Source: Acidobacteriota bacterium
Lineage (GTDB): Bacteria; Acidobacteriota; UBA6911
Length of the DNA stretch: 64,000 nt
Direction of reading: 5' to 3'
Assembly: GCA_963664705.1 (NCBI GenBank)
Contig: OY761556.1
Coordinates: forward strand, 4,928,001 to 4,992,000
The notes below the pieces were generated by a model that made no database searches, was not told the origin of the DNA, and saw nothing but the letters and a program-made list of their open reading frames with translations. A program made the translations under genes and the position numbers. Positions within the stretch are counted from its first letter, which is position 1; the number at the start of each line of letters is the position of its first letter. Positions 1 to 10,045 of this stretch are shown in pieces.

Positions 1-1
1 A

Positions 2-592
2 CCGGGAGAGTACTTGCTCCCGCGCCTGCTCGCTGGATTCAGAAAGGCTTATCCCGATGTATTTCCCACACTCCGGATCGCCGATTCGAATGACATTTAT
101 GAAAGTGTGCTCCGCGGCGAAGTGGATCTGGGCGTCATCGGGAAAGAGGTGAAAGACAAAAACATCATCCTGCAAAAGTATCTGGGCGACGAGATCATTC
201 TTGTCGCACCGGCAACATACAAGCCTTCCAAATTGCATCGAGACGAAGTCAAAACAGTCCCGCTGATCGTCCGGGAGAGTGGCTCCGGCTCTCGGTCTTC
301 GCTGGAAGCCCATCTGCAAAGGATCGGACTGTTGTTGGACAGCCTCAATATTGTCGCGGAAATCGGTTCCACGCAATCGCTGATCCAGGCGGTGAAATTT
401 GGCATGGGATTGGCCTTTACTTCCAGTCTTTCGGTCAAAGATGAGATTGAGCGAGGAACGTTGAAGGCCGTTCAAATAAAAGGAATGGCGATTTTCAGAA
501 ATTTCTATGTCATTACTCACCGGCTGCGCTTCAACTCGCTGATTTGCAGATCCTTCATCGATTTCCTCACGCAGTCCGGCGGGAAAAAATAA
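2..592 (+). CDS. LysR-family regulator, substrate-binding domain (5' end outside window)
   Basis: Frame open from base 2 (PGEYLLPRLL..., DLGVIG, REsGSGsR, VKFGMGLAF) typical of CysL/CbbR-like LTTR substrate-binding domains. Confidence 0.9.
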   Translation, partial: PGEYLLPRLLAGFRKAYPDVFPTLRIADSNDIYESVLRGEVDLGVIGKEVKDKNIILQKYLGDEIILVAPATYKPSKLHRDEVKTVPLIVRESGSGSRSSLEAHLQRIGLLLDSLNIVAEIGSTQSLIQAVKFGMGLAFTSSLSVKDEIERGTLKAVQIKGMAIFRNFYVITHRLRFNSLICRSFIDFLTQSGGKK

Positions 593-609
593 CCAAGGTC
601 TCATCTGCT

Positions 610-624
610 ATAGATATATTCAAT
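610..624. promoter_or_regulatory. Possible LTTR box (ATAG-N7-CAAT) upstream of the porin gene
   Basis: T-N11-A imperfect dyad in the AT-rich gap directly after the LysR gene. Confidence 0.3.
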
Positions 625-694
625 TGGACATATTTAGGATCTAACGGTACTAATGCGGAACTAGTAAAGCCAACGATCCTACGGAGGGACATAC

Positions 695-2182
695 ATGCGA
701 CAGTGGCGGTATTTTTTTTCAGGCGGGGTTTTTTTGTTATCGGTTTTGAGCGCGGCATTGATCCCCGGTAGTGTGCGGGCGGAAACCAAGCTATTTGCGC
801 TAGACAAAAACACCAGTGTTTCGGCCTCCGGTGAAATTACGGCACGAAACACCTATGAAAACTGGTTTGAACCAGCGTCGACGAATTACAAAAACAGTTA
901 CGATTATTTTTTTACGCGCACACGCCTGGCCATTGCCCTTCGCAATCCATACATCCATGCTTATGTGCAGGCCCAGGACGTTCACATGTGGAATCTTCCT
1001 GAAAGCTCTATTGCTCCGGCGCCTCAGGGAGCCCTGGGTAGCGGGGCAACCTATTACTCCCATGCCAAGAGCGATTTCGATCACAGCCTGATAATCCGGC
1101 AAGCCTACCTGGATTTCCCCAAGCTCTTTTTGAAGGGGCTTTCCACAAGGATTGGTCGCTTCGATTATGCGGATGGCCAGGAGGTCACCTATAAGGATAA
1201 TCCCAAGGTGACGTGGCTCAAGAACACGCGCTTGTCTGACCGGATGCTCGGCGCCTTTGACTGGTCTTCTTACAATCGCAGTTTCGACGGGCTTCAGGCC
1301 AAATATGACAGGAAGAATTTCAATCTGTACGTTTCCGTCACCCACCCGACGCAGGGAGGCTATGAGAACAATGCTCAGAAGACGATCTCTTCCATAAACC
1401 TGGGCAACATTACCGGCACGATCAAATATGGCGGATGGCTGAAAAACACTGAAGCGCGCATTTTCTATTATTATTACTTCGATCACAGAAACATTCCGAC
1501 CACACTCGGACAAAGCGGTCTGAAGGATGGACCGATTCGAATCAACACCTTCGGCACCCACTGGCTGCACACTGAAAGCACCAAATCCGGCGTATTCGAT
1601 ATGCTCTTCTGGGGCGCGCTCCAGGATGGGAAATGGGGCGCCGTGGATCACAAAGCATGGGCTGCGGCGATAGAAGGAGGGTTTCAGTTCACAAAGATTC
1701 GCTGGAAGCCCTGGATTCGAGGCGGCTATTTCGCCTCATCCGGCGATTCGGATGCCACGGACGGGAAGCATGAAACCTTTTATCAGATGCTTCCAACGGC
1801 TCGCAAGTATGCGCTTTTTCCATTTTACAATTTGATGAACAATGAAGACCTGTTCATTCAGACCATTTTGAAACCCAAAGAAGCTTTCTCCATTCGAGCG
1901 GATCTTCACAGCCTTAGCCTTCAGAACTCCCATGACCTCTGGTACATGGGGGCGGGCCCGACACAGAGTTCGGGTACCATATTTGGGTATACGGGGCGTC
2001 CCAGCAACAATCAGAGCGGGTTGGCAACAGTCCTGGACATTTCTCCCAGCTATACATTCTCCAAGTACCTGTCGGCAAACCTCTATTATGGTCACGTTTT
2101 TGGACGGGATGTCCTGAAGAGCATCTATCCCAAAAATTCAAATGGCGATCTGTTTTATATAGAGATGAAGACACAATTCTAG
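695..2182 (+). CDS. Outer-membrane beta-barrel protein, alginate export (AlgE-like) family
   Basis: GGAGG RBS, signal peptide (VRA-E), RxxxRQAYL/RIGRF/RSFDG motifs, SGD-x-D loop, aromatic-rich, C-terminal Phe. Confidence 0.8.
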   Translation: MRQWRYFFSGGVFLLSVLSAALIPGSVRAETKLFALDKNTSVSASGEITARNTYENWFEPASTNYKNSYDYFFTRTRLAIALRNPYIHAYVQAQDVHMWNLPESSIAPAPQGALGSGATYYSHAKSDFDHSLIIRQAYLDFPKLFLKGLSTRIGRFDYADGQEVTYKDNPKVTWLKNTRLSDRMLGAFDWSSYNRSFDGLQAKYDRKNFNLYVSVTHPTQGGYENNAQKTISSINLGNITGTIKYGGWLKNTEARIFYYYYFDHRNIPTTLGQSGLKDGPIRINTFGTHWLHTESTKSGVFDMLFWGALQDGKWGAVDHKAWAAAIEGGFQFTKIRWKPWIRGGYFASSGDSDATDGKHETFYQMLPTARKYALFPFYNLMNNEDLFIQTILKPKEAFSIRADLHSLSLQNSHDLWYMGAGPTQSSGTIFGYTGRPSNNQSGLATVLDISPSYTFSKYLSANLYYGHVFGRDVLKSIYPKNSNGDLFYIEMKTQF

Positions 2183-2234
2183 CCGGAAGCAACGACTTGC
2201 CCCGTACCACACATTACCTGTCGACAGAATGACA

Positions 2235-2257
2235 CGGGGCTCCCGGTGGGAGCCCCG
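2235..2257. terminator. GC-rich hairpin after porin gene
   Basis: CGGGGCTCCC-GGT-GGGAGCCCCG perfect 10-bp stem; no U tract. Confidence 0.5.
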
Positions 2258-2320
2258 CCGTCCCGGCCTATGCCGCATATCATTTGTGGAAGCTTGAGGC
2301 GCGATGCGTCTCAGCCCCGG

Positions 2321-2420
2321 AGGGACCCGGAGGGGCGGTCAGAAAGTAGCCGGGGGTGACGCGAATCGAGCCCCGGCAGAGATAAGCCCGAGAAAGGGCC
2401 CTGGCAGGGCGATAGAAACG
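2321..2420 (-). repeat. REP-like palindromic repeat, intact copy
   Basis: Minus strand reads TTTCTATCGCCCTGCCAGGGC...CCGGGGCTCGATTCGCGTCACCCCCGGCTACTTTCTGACCGCCCCTCCGGG, same architecture as the repeat interrupted by the IS at 23645/25188 and the copy at 32026-32122. Confidence 0.8.
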
Positions 2421-2458
2421 GTTAACTCTCGGCCTATCCGTTCCGTTCCATTTGGCTG

Positions 2459-3577
2459 TCAAGCGGGCGCTTTCAGTCCAGTTTCCACCATCCACTCATC
2501 CTCGGTAAGAAAAAAGGAAAATTCAAAGCCTTCATCCATGCTGTAGCCATCCAGATGCCAAAAGCCCGGCCCGCATCTCGCCTTGGCCATCGTCTGGCAG
2601 CAGGGGCAATCGGCCTCCAAGGGGGAGTCTTCTTCAGGCGAAACCCATGGCATCCTTGTGCGTTCGTACTCAATAAGACACGACGGGGTTTGACCCTCGT
2701 ACTCAGGATCGGGTGAGTCCAGCCACTCTGCTTTTAGGCGCTCCAGCCGTGCAATTTCGTTCTCTATGGAGATCATCCTTCTTTTGCTCACCCAATTCCA
2801 GCAGTCGGTAATCAGCATCCGGACCAGATTGTAGTAAATCACGATCTCATGCGTACCGAATCCGGCAAAGCGATACGCATGGGATCCCTTGCTCAGGCAC
2901 GGAGCCGGCTTCTTGAGCCGATTCCACTGTATCTCCCGCGTCTCCATGTCCATATCAATATATTCGCGTTTCATCAAAAGGATTTCTCTCGGTGGCCGGC
3001 CGCCCAATTCATCGCGTGGCGTCACCAGCCATTTCGCGTGAATCTCAGCAACCGGATCTTTCAGATTTGCTTCTCGGGCTGCGCGACATTCATTGGCAAC
3101 AAATTCCGTAATGGCACCGTATAGAACAGGTCGCGCATCGATCGGTTGAATGGCCGCCCGTTTGGCGCGCCGCTCATCGGCGACGGCTTTGTATCCCTCG
3201 ACAGAATCAAGAAAGAGCCAATCACTATGGACCCGGTATGGCAACCATACTTCGGTGAGCTCCCGACCATTGTGAAATTGGACTTCTCCTTCCGGCATCA
3301 AGAAGGAGAAGGACGCTTCCGACGCAAAAACCCGTGCGGCCAGATCCACAAAAACAATCCCCAAATCCCAGGCTGCTTCGTTGACACCATTCAGAAACTG
3401 GTCCAGGTGCGGCTTGCCACCAACCGGCCTGGCAAACCGCGTCATGGCCTCCTCCACTTCTTCGATCGTCTCCGGTTCGGCCGCCAGCCCGGCCAGAATG
3501 GCATCAGCGATCGAGGCGTGAAGGGTTCCATTAACGGCACGGTTCGCATCTAAAATGTTGATTCTTATTTCGCTCAT
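2459..3577 (-). CDS. Hypothetical protein with two DUF2384/Xre-MbcA-like WLxxP..GxxP motifs and C-terminal CPCC
   Basis: 372-aa ORF with GGAGG RBS; motifs WLVTPRDELGGRPPREIL and WLDSPDPEYEGQTPSCLI. Confidence 0.7.
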   Translation of the reverse strand: MSEIRINILDANRAVNGTLHASIADAILAGLAAEPETIEEVEEAMTRFARPVGGKPHLDQFLNGVNEAAWDLGIVFVDLAARVFASEASFSFLMPEGEVQFHNGRELTEVWLPYRVHSDWLFLDSVEGYKAVADERRAKRAAIQPIDARPVLYGAITEFVANECRAAREANLKDPVAEIHAKWLVTPRDELGGRPPREILLMKREYIDMDMETREIQWNRLKKPAPCLSKGSHAYRFAGFGTHEIVIYYNLVRMLITDCWNWVSKRRMISIENEIARLERLKAEWLDSPDPEYEGQTPSCLIEYERTRMPWVSPEEDSPLEADCPCCQTMAKARCGPGFWHLDGYSMDEGFEFSFFLTEDEWMVETGLKAPA

Positions 3578-3952
3578 AAAATCCTCCCCAGGCTGTTACT
3601 CCCATACATTCCCGCTTAAACCATAGCTGCCTTCCAGATATCAGCCCCGTTTCCATATCTAATGGCCTGGCCCCCAATTTGAGCCATTTTATTTTCATCC
3701 CGGGGCAGACCAGTGCAGTGCGCACGAGGGCTTCGCCGAAAACGATTTTGTTTGATCGTGGGAGAGCGCTTCCGATCACATGAGTAGTGAGCGAAAAGAT
3801 AGTCCGGCTTTTCTCGCCGGAAAGATCTGGCCGCTAATCCGCATTGGCCGCTAGTGGTTCAGCAGCCTTCAGTGGATGAGGCATAGGTTTGAAATTCTCT
3901 TCCTGTAGTGGTGAGGGTCATGTATTGCCGTCTTTGGAAACGACATATTGTC

Positions 3953-4630
3953 TCAGTCCGAGGTGTCGGTGTCGCTGCGAGATTGGCGGCTCCGGATCCC
4001 CGCTTCGATATCTGCAGTCAGTAGCTGCCACAATTCCGGCTGCGCTTGCTGCCATTGTATCATCCAGGAACGGATGGCCTCCACCTGCGCCGATGCCAAT
4101 GCCGCGGTTTCCGGTGGCAGGGCATATTTGGACACGCTGAATATTTTCAGCTTCTTTTCCACCCATTTCTGAGCCAGGCCCCGCTGCGCCAGCTGATCCT
4201 TGACCAGATCCATGGCCTTGGCGAACGGATCCGCGTCATCCTCTTTGATGAAAAAGGAGACAACTGCCTTGACGTCATGAGCGGCACGGAGGGTTTGCAA
4301 TTGTTCGGACAGAGACCGGAGCGACGCTTCAAGCGACGGGGCAGGCAATACCGATGGGTTCGCTCCAATTTCGACCATTATCTGCCGCACGGTACGCAAT
4401 CCCATCATCGCCTTCTTGTCGTGAATCTCCAGGCGGATGCTCCCGTATCCGAACTCGCTCAGGAACGCGGCGGCATAGAGCTGGATCGCAAGCTGTCTTT
4501 TGGACACCACTGTGTCCTGGCCGAAAAGTGTATATTTATCGCCCATGCTTCCCTTGGGCACGAACTGGTTTCCTGCAAGGAACACGATTTCGCTCGGAGT
4601 CAGACAAGCATTTTCGGGGATGGGGGGCAT
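3953..4630 (-). CDS. Hypothetical protein
   Basis: 225-aa ORF with AAAGGAAA RBS, protein-like composition; no family recognised with confidence. Confidence 0.65.
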   Translation of the reverse strand: MPPIPENACLTPSEIVFLAGNQFVPKGSMGDKYTLFGQDTVVSKRQLAIQLYAAAFLSEFGYGSIRLEIHDKKAMMGLRTVRQIMVEIGANPSVLPAPSLEASLRSLSEQLQTLRAAHDVKAVVSFFIKEDDADPFAKAMDLVKDQLAQRGLAQKWVEKKLKIFSVSKYALPPETAALASAQVEAIRSWMIQWQQAQPELWQLLTADIEAGIRSRQSRSDTDTSD

Positions 4631-5006
4631 GTCTTGTTTCCTTTCTCTGTACCGATAATCCTATCTCCTGTGGCCGCGACTTCATCCGCAGCCTTCCGGC
4701 CGGCACGAGTTTAATCCAAAGACGGTGCTTTGAGATAATCAATCTGCATGGTTTGAATTTGAATCTTCGGCTGCCGGTGGCACGACATTGGAAACTGCGG
4801 ATATGTCAATATTGCGGGGGAACCAAACTAAGCGAAACGCCTGGTGATTGCAGCGCGGGCTCGGCAGAAAAGCCGAGAACGTTTCACGATACGATTTCTC
4901 AAATGACATAATTTTCGGTTCAGTCGTGCCAGATTACAAATTCCGTTTTGATGATGGATTTGCAATCTGGCACCCGTTCTTCAAAGCATGAATCCGCCAG
5001 CCAGTT

Positions 5007-5372
5007 TCAATAGGCAACGGACGGAGAGCCATTCGCCAGCCACTCTACCAGTGCTGCTCCTCCAGCCGGAGTAGCCCCCTTGATGAGCTGGTCTTCGCCG
5101 ACATTGCGTTTCTTCATGCAGGGAGTACAAACCAGGATCTTCCCCCCTCCCGCAACAAATTTATCCATGAGCTCTTTGAGCGGAGCGAATGGCGGACCCT
5201 CCTTGATTTTTTCCGCCTCTCCTTGTACCGCGCACCAAATGCCGTCACTGCTCAGGAATACCATCGTCTCCTTTTCACTGCCGAGTGCTGCATTGGCGAC
5301 CACGAAACCCAAAGTAGCCTTATCCCCATCCGTACGACAGTGAGTAATGGTTACACAGAATGTACCGGCCAT
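5007..5372 (-). CDS. DsrE/DsrF-like sulfur-relay / peroxiredoxin-like protein
   Basis: AAGGAG RBS before ATG 5372; VFLSSDG, GGKILVCTPC(MKKR) DsrE motif. Confidence 0.85.
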   Translation of the reverse strand: MAGTFCVTITHCRTDGDKATLGFVVANAALGSEKETMVFLSSDGIWCAVQGEAEKIKEGPPFAPLKELMDKFVAGGGKILVCTPCMKKRNVGEDQLIKGATPAGGAALVEWLANGSPSVAY

Positions 5373-5437
5373 CAGTCTTGCTCCTTTCTTCTCGGAATAT
5401 TGTCCATAGTACAGTATTGAACCCCGGTTCAAAAATT

Positions 5438-6484
5438 CTAGTGCACTTCAATTTTTTTAATGCGCTTCACAGAACGTCCGCCGGTGCTGTCTTCCCCTGT
5501 CACCGACATTGCGAATCCATCGGCAGGCGACAGCGGTTTGCCGTCCTTCACTGTGGCAATGACAATCTGGTCGCCCATGCGCGAATTAAAAAGTTCGCCA
5601 AAGGAGTAGGTTGCGCAATAACCATCGTCGCTGGTTATAAGAACATAGCGGTTGTAGGGCGCGGGATCCGATATGGAGATGTATTTCTTCAGGAAAACAG
5701 ATAGCGGAACGCCATCCAGGTCATGGATCCCGTGGAAGCCCTCGCATTCGCCAATCATGACGGCTGCGGGAATGTGGATTTTGGGCAGAGCTTTGAGGTC
5801 CGCAGGATTCACAATGCGCTGAATTTTGCCGATCTGGTCGGTGAGGGAGAATTCGGTGCTGGGAGGACGAACCTTTTTCTTCTCCTGATCATCGTAGGCC
5901 AGGAGCTCAACATCCACACGAGAAACCTTTATCTCTGTCAAATTCGTCATTGTGCGGCCGTCATGAATATCCGTGGCAACAACCAGGGTTGGCGAACAAG
6001 GCAGCTCCTCGCGTTCATACGCTATCAGGACACTGCGCCCAATGCTGGAATAAAAGATCTCTCCAAACGAAAACACGATTTCCCGGTTGTCTCTATTCCG
6101 GATTTGAATGAACGTGCCCGGCTCCCATTTTCGCTTATGCTTCATCCCGGCTTTCCATAGAATGTCCCGCAGGAGGACGCCGCGAAAGGTGGTTTGTGTC
6201 ACCTTTTCCTTATCCTGCCGGTCACGCACCCGCTCCGGAATCACCGGGACATCGCGGATGAGAAATGGCGGCATCGCTTTGAGATCAGCAAGGGATACGG
6301 ACAATTCCTTTTGCAGCTCGCCTCGAACCGCAATTGAAGCCTCCTGGGAAAGGGCTCGCCTGGCCAGGAAGGGAGTGAGCAAAGAACAACACAGGCAGGA
6401 AACCATCCAACAGGCTTTCCCAGCCTTTGCAAAACGCATATTGAACAAGGAGAACATCGGAAGCTCCCTTTGAGAATGCGGCAA
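5438..6484 (-). CDS. Exported protein with two tandem Oxidored_molyb (sulfite-oxidase-fold)-like domains
   Basis: Signal-like N-terminus; twice repeated LADLKAxP...GVxL..IL...DxY/R..xSFGExF...IA pattern; exact start uncertain. Confidence 0.7.
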   Translation of the reverse strand: MPHSQRELPMFSLFNMRFAKAGKACWMVSCLCCSLLTPFLARRALSQEASIAVRGELQKELSVSLADLKAMPPFLIRDVPVIPERVRDRQDKEKVTQTTFRGVLLRDILWKAGMKHKRKWEPGTFIQIRNRDNREIVFSFGEIFYSSIGRSVLIAYEREELPCSPTLVVATDIHDGRTMTNLTEIKVSRVDVELLAYDDQEKKKVRPPSTEFSLTDQIGKIQRIVNPADLKALPKIHIPAAVMIGECEGFHGIHDLDGVPLSVFLKKYISISDPAPYNRYVLITSDDGYCATYSFGELFNSRMGDQIVIATVKDGKPLSPADGFAMSVTGEDSTGGRSVKRIKKIEVH

Positions 6485-6800
6485 TCGCCTCGTTGCCGGC
6501 TCCTCGCGGGAGGTCTAGCAGGATGGTGGATTCCTCTGCAGAGTATTTCCCGGACGGATACGCAATGATGCGATCTGTTTGGTCATCAGCACTTGCACGC
6601 CGTGCAACCAATGCCGGGTTCAGGTTTTTCGTACGTAAATCACCATTTTTTCCTCGGGGGCGGAGTTTAACACAAGGTATTCGATCGCGCAATTTTTGCA
6701 TTCCTGCCCGATGAAGGAGCGCAATACCGGTGCGAACTGCAAAAATATTGAGATATAGGCACTAAAGGGTAAAAAGCCGTTAATGAAAAATATGCAAAAA

Positions 6801-6808
6801 TCCGATAA
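6801..6808 (+). promoter_or_regulatory. Possible sigma28 (FliA) -10 element upstream of cheW
   Basis: TCCGATAA versus GCCGATAA consensus; -35 weak; a similar CCCGATAA lies upstream of the CZB gene. Confidence 0.35.
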
Positions 6809-6882
6809 CACAATCGCTGAAACGGGACGGTGTGGGATCCCGACAGGAACAGCAGCAATAAATCCTATACACAATCGGCGAG

Positions 6883-6963
6883 TGTCTTAACGGGCAGAAT
6901 TTTGGTTTGCAAGTTGAAGGCGCAGCGGGCATACGCGGTTCCAATGCCTGCTGCGCCTTTTTT
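6883..6963 (+). ncRNA. Conserved cis-regulatory leader RNA (riboswitch candidate) with intrinsic terminator, copy 1
   Basis: TGTCTTAACGG-GCAGAATTTTGGTTTGC-AAGTTGAAGGCGCAG, then 16-bp terminator stem 6917-6932/6944-6959 plus U tract, 60 nt before cheW; second copy at 12253-12328. Confidence 0.75.
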
Positions 6964-7023
6964 ATTGCTCAGAGTGACTCCGGATACGGAACACAAATCT
7001 TGAGCGGAATTCAGGGGAAAACG

Positions 7024-7563
7024 ATGTCAACCATGTTGGTTCGGGATGAGCCCGCGATGTATCCGGCCCACTCCAAAACCGCAGCCAATGCTACCGATTT
7101 TGGGGGCAAGTTTCTGACTTTCTTTCTGGCAGAGGAGGAATATGGCATAGCAATCCTGAAGGTGCACGAAATTATCGGGATGATGGCTATCACAAGCGTG
7201 CCGCGAACTCCCGCCTTTACCCGTGGAGTCATCAACCTCAGAGGGAAAGTCATCCCGATTGTTGATCTTCGGCTGAAATTCGAAATGCCGGCGCAGGATC
7301 AAACATCGGAAACCTGCATCATTGTCGTTCATGTTCAAGGCATCGAGATCGGGATTGTCGTAGACAGGGTATCAGAGGTTTTGAATATAGCAGGAAGCGA
7401 TATTGAAGAAGCTCCATCGTTTGGAACGGATGTAAATACCGATTACATCCTGGGGATAGGAAAGTCGCAGGGCAAGGTCAAAATCCTGCTGGATATCGAC
7501 AGGGTCCTGTCGACCCGGGAAGTCCATGAGATTGCGTCCCCCGAAACGGCAAACATCAATTAA
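7024..7563 (+). CDS. cheW: Chemotaxis coupling protein CheW
   Basis: FLTFFLAEEEYGI, GVINLRGKVIPIVDLR, GIVVDRVSEV motifs. Confidence 0.95.
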   Translation: MSTMLVRDEPAMYPAHSKTAANATDFGGKFLTFFLAEEEYGIAILKVHEIIGMMAITSVPRTPAFTRGVINLRGKVIPIVDLRLKFEMPAQDQTSETCIIVVHVQGIEIGIVVDRVSEVLNIAGSDIEEAPSFGTDVNTDYILGIGKSQGKVKILLDIDRVLSTREVHEIASPETANIN

Positions 7564-7594
7564 GCCTTAACCGGCCCATGGTAAGGAGATCAAC

Positions 7595-9859
7595 ATGAAG
7601 TGGTTTTACAATATGAAGATTGCCTCAAAATTGACCTGTTTTGCGCTAATGATGGCTTTCATCGCAGCTGTAATCGGATACGTCGGGATCCGGCAATTGA
7701 AGACACTTCAAAACGCCGATGAGGGGATGTACCAAAACAATGTCATCCCGCTTGAAAAGGTTTCGGAGGTTTCCAAATCTCTCCAGAGATTACGAGTCAA
7801 TGTCAGGGATGCGCTGCTGAGCGAAACCCAAAAGGATAGAAACTACTATCTTGATAGAACGCGAGAGATACTCAAAACGCTCCCGCCGCTCCTAAAGGAA
7901 ATCGAAACCGGCGTAAAGACCCCGGAGGAAAAGGAAACTCTCGAGGCATTATCTGTCAGCCTTAAGCAATATACGACCGACTTTGAGCAATTTGCCACGA
8001 TGGTCAATGCGAACAAAAAGGGAGTGGCACTGGCATATATGCGCGGCCCCTTCCTGAAAACTGCAACCGCAGGGATCAATGCCATCGACAAGCTGGTGCA
8101 AGTCAACGCGGATTTGGCAAAATCCACGGCCGATCAGAATGGGGTTACGGCAACCCATGGCGAACGGCTTGTGCTGGTGATTCTTGGGGTGGGGATTGCC
8201 CTGGCGGTAGGACTCGGGCTATGGATATCGCGAATGATCGCAACACCCCTCAAGCAGGTGGCCGAGCGTGCGGAAAGGCTTCAAAGCATTTGCATCACCA
8301 ACCTGGGGAAAGCCAGTGAAGCTATGGCGCATGGAGAACTCAATGCCAAGATAGTCACCGGCACAGAACCGCTTCAATTGGACAGCAAAGATGAAGTGGG
8401 CGCCCTGGCTCAAAGTGTAAACGGGATCATTACCAAAACACAGGGAACCATCGCGGCCTTCGAGAAGGCAATGGCCAATCTGCGCAGCGTAACGGATGAA
8501 ATCAACGGAATGATCTCGAGCGCGCAGGCAGGCGATCTGGCGAATCGAGGGAAGGCCGAGCGGTTCGAAGGCGGCTATCGCGCTATGGTGTCAGGATTCA
8601 ATGCCACACTGGACGCCGTCGTCGGACCCCTGCAGATGGCCTCCACATACATTGATCGCATCAGCCGCGGCGACATCCCGCCCAAAATCACGGAAAATTA
8701 CAACGGTGATTTCAATAACATTAAAAACAGCCTGAACCTGTGCATCGATAGTTTGCATTCTTTGATTGAAGAAGATGGTGGCGCCGCGCTTCTCGCCGCC
8801 GCCAACAGAGACCTGACAGCCCGGGCCAAAAAGGAATATCAGGGTGCATTTGAAAAGATGAAGACAAACATCAATACCCTGATCCAAAACCTGGATGACG
8901 CTCTTGTCCAGGTTGCCCTTGCATCGGATCAGGTCACTTCAGCGGCCAGTGAGATCTCATCGGGCAGCCAGACTCTTTCTCAGGGAGCTTCCGAGCAGGC
9001 GAGTTCGCTGGAAGAAGTATCGAGCAGTTTGCAGGAAATGTCATCGATGACCAAACGCAATGCGGAAAACGCCAAGGAAGCCCGCAGCCTCTCGGAAGGA
9101 GCGCAGGCGATCGCCGATAGAGGCGTTGAAAGCATGAAACGGCTTTCCGAGGCCATCGCCAAAATCAAAGTCTCCTCGGATTCCACCGCGAAGATCGTCA
9201 AAACAATTGACGAGATTGCCTTCCAGACCAACCTGCTGGCCCTTAACGCAGCGGTAGAAGCGGCGCGCGCCGGGGATGCCGGAAAGGGCTTTGCCGTGGT
9301 TGCAGAAGAAGTGCGCAATCTTGCCATGCGCAGTGCCGAAGCGGCCAAGAATACCGCAAACATGATTGAGGAATCGGTCAAGAATGCCGAAGGCGGCGTT
9401 GCCATCAACCAGGAAGTGCTGAGGAACCTGACCGAAATCAATAGCCAGGTGAATCAGGTCGGTACGGTCATGGCTGAAATAGCCGCAGCCTCGGAGCAGC
9501 AGAGCCAGGGAGTTGAGCAGGTAAATACTGCGGTTGAGCAGATGAACACGGTAACACAGCAGGTTGCTGCGAATGCTGAGGAGTCGGCCAGTGCGGCGGA
9601 AGAACTGTCCGGACAAGCCGAGGAAATGAAAAGCATGGTGGGAACCTTCCAGTTGTCGAGCACGCTGGCCAATAGTTCCCGGCCGACAAACCGGGCACGC
9701 AGGCAGCCCGCCTTCACGCCAGTTCCCAGGGCGGGAAAGATTCTGGCAAAACCGGTTGCCGCAGCGCGTGCCAACGGCGGGCTTCACGGCAAGCCTCTCG
9801 ATCCTTCAAAGCTGATCCCATTTGACAATGATGACCAGTCCATCTTGAAGGACTTCTAA
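7595..9859 (+). CDS. Methyl-accepting chemotaxis protein (4HB sensor, multiple HAMP, C-terminal pentapeptide ILKDF)
   Basis: Two TM helices; [37 protein letters not shown] signalling hairpin. Confidence 0.97.
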   Translation: MKWFYNMKIASKLTCFALMMAFIAAVIGYVGIRQLKTLQNADEGMYQNNVIPLEKVSEVSKSLQRLRVNVRDALLSETQKDRNYYLDRTREILKTLPPLLKEIETGVKTPEEKETLEALSVSLKQYTTDFEQFATMVNANKKGVALAYMRGPFLKTATAGINAIDKLVQVNADLAKSTADQNGVTATHGERLVLVILGVGIALAVGLGLWISRMIATPLKQVAERAERLQSICITNLGKASEAMAHGELNAKIVTGTEPLQLDSKDEVGALAQSVNGIITKTQGTIAAFEKAMANLRSVTDEINGMISSAQAGDLANRGKAERFEGGYRAMVSGFNATLDAVVGPLQMASTYIDRISRGDIPPKITENYNGDFNNIKNSLNLCIDSLHSLIEEDGGAALLAAANRDLTARAKKEYQGAFEKMKTNINTLIQNLDDALVQVALASDQVTSAASEISSGSQTLSQGASEQASSLEEVSSSLQEMSSMTKRNAENAKEARSLSEGAQAIADRGVESMKRLSEAIAKIKVSSDSTAKIVKTIDEIAFQTNLLALNAAVEAARAGDAGKGFAVVAEEVRNLAMRSAEAAKNTANMIEESVKNAEGGVAINQEVLRNLTEINSQVNQVGTVMAEIAAASEQQSQGVEQVNTAVEQMNTVTQQVAANAEESASAAEELSGQAEEMKSMVGTFQLSSTLANSSRPTNRARRQPAFTPVPRAGKILAKPVAAARANGGLHGKPLDPSKLIPFDNDDQSILKDF

Positions 9860-9865
9860 AACAAG

Positions 9866-9903
9866 GGACGCTCCCCTGCCTTAAGGGGAGCGTCCGCATT
9901 TTC
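9866..9903 (+). terminator. Intrinsic terminator after MCP
   Basis: 12-bp stem GGACGCTCCCCT/AGGGGAGCGTCC followed by GCATTTT. Confidence 0.75.
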
Positions 9904-10045
9904 TGCATCAAAATTCCTTTATCTCAACTCTCCTGATCGTACTACTTGTTTGGGCCCGTATTTTGGCGAAAATAGAGGGAGCAGCCCCACATCCCTGCAG
10001 TTGTCATGCAAATGCAGGCAGCCGGCGGAAGGGAAAGGAATCAGA

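Noticed and set aside
800-1651. 283-aa minus-strand ORF
   Set aside because: Antisense shadow of the porin gene; no recognisable motifs
4778-4791. Sigma54-like TGGCACG...TTGG
   Set aside because: Spacing one base short, -12 is GG rather than GC, and no + strand gene follows
6883-6963. c-di-GMP-I/II riboswitch or ANTAR target as the identity of the cheW leader
   Set aside because: No GNRA tetraloop/receptor two-stem layout, no kink-turn/pseudoknot pattern, and no paired hexaloop hairpins in both copies
6907-7023. N-terminal extension of CheW in the ORF track
   Set aside because: Runs through the leader terminator; ATG at 7024 has a plausible RBS
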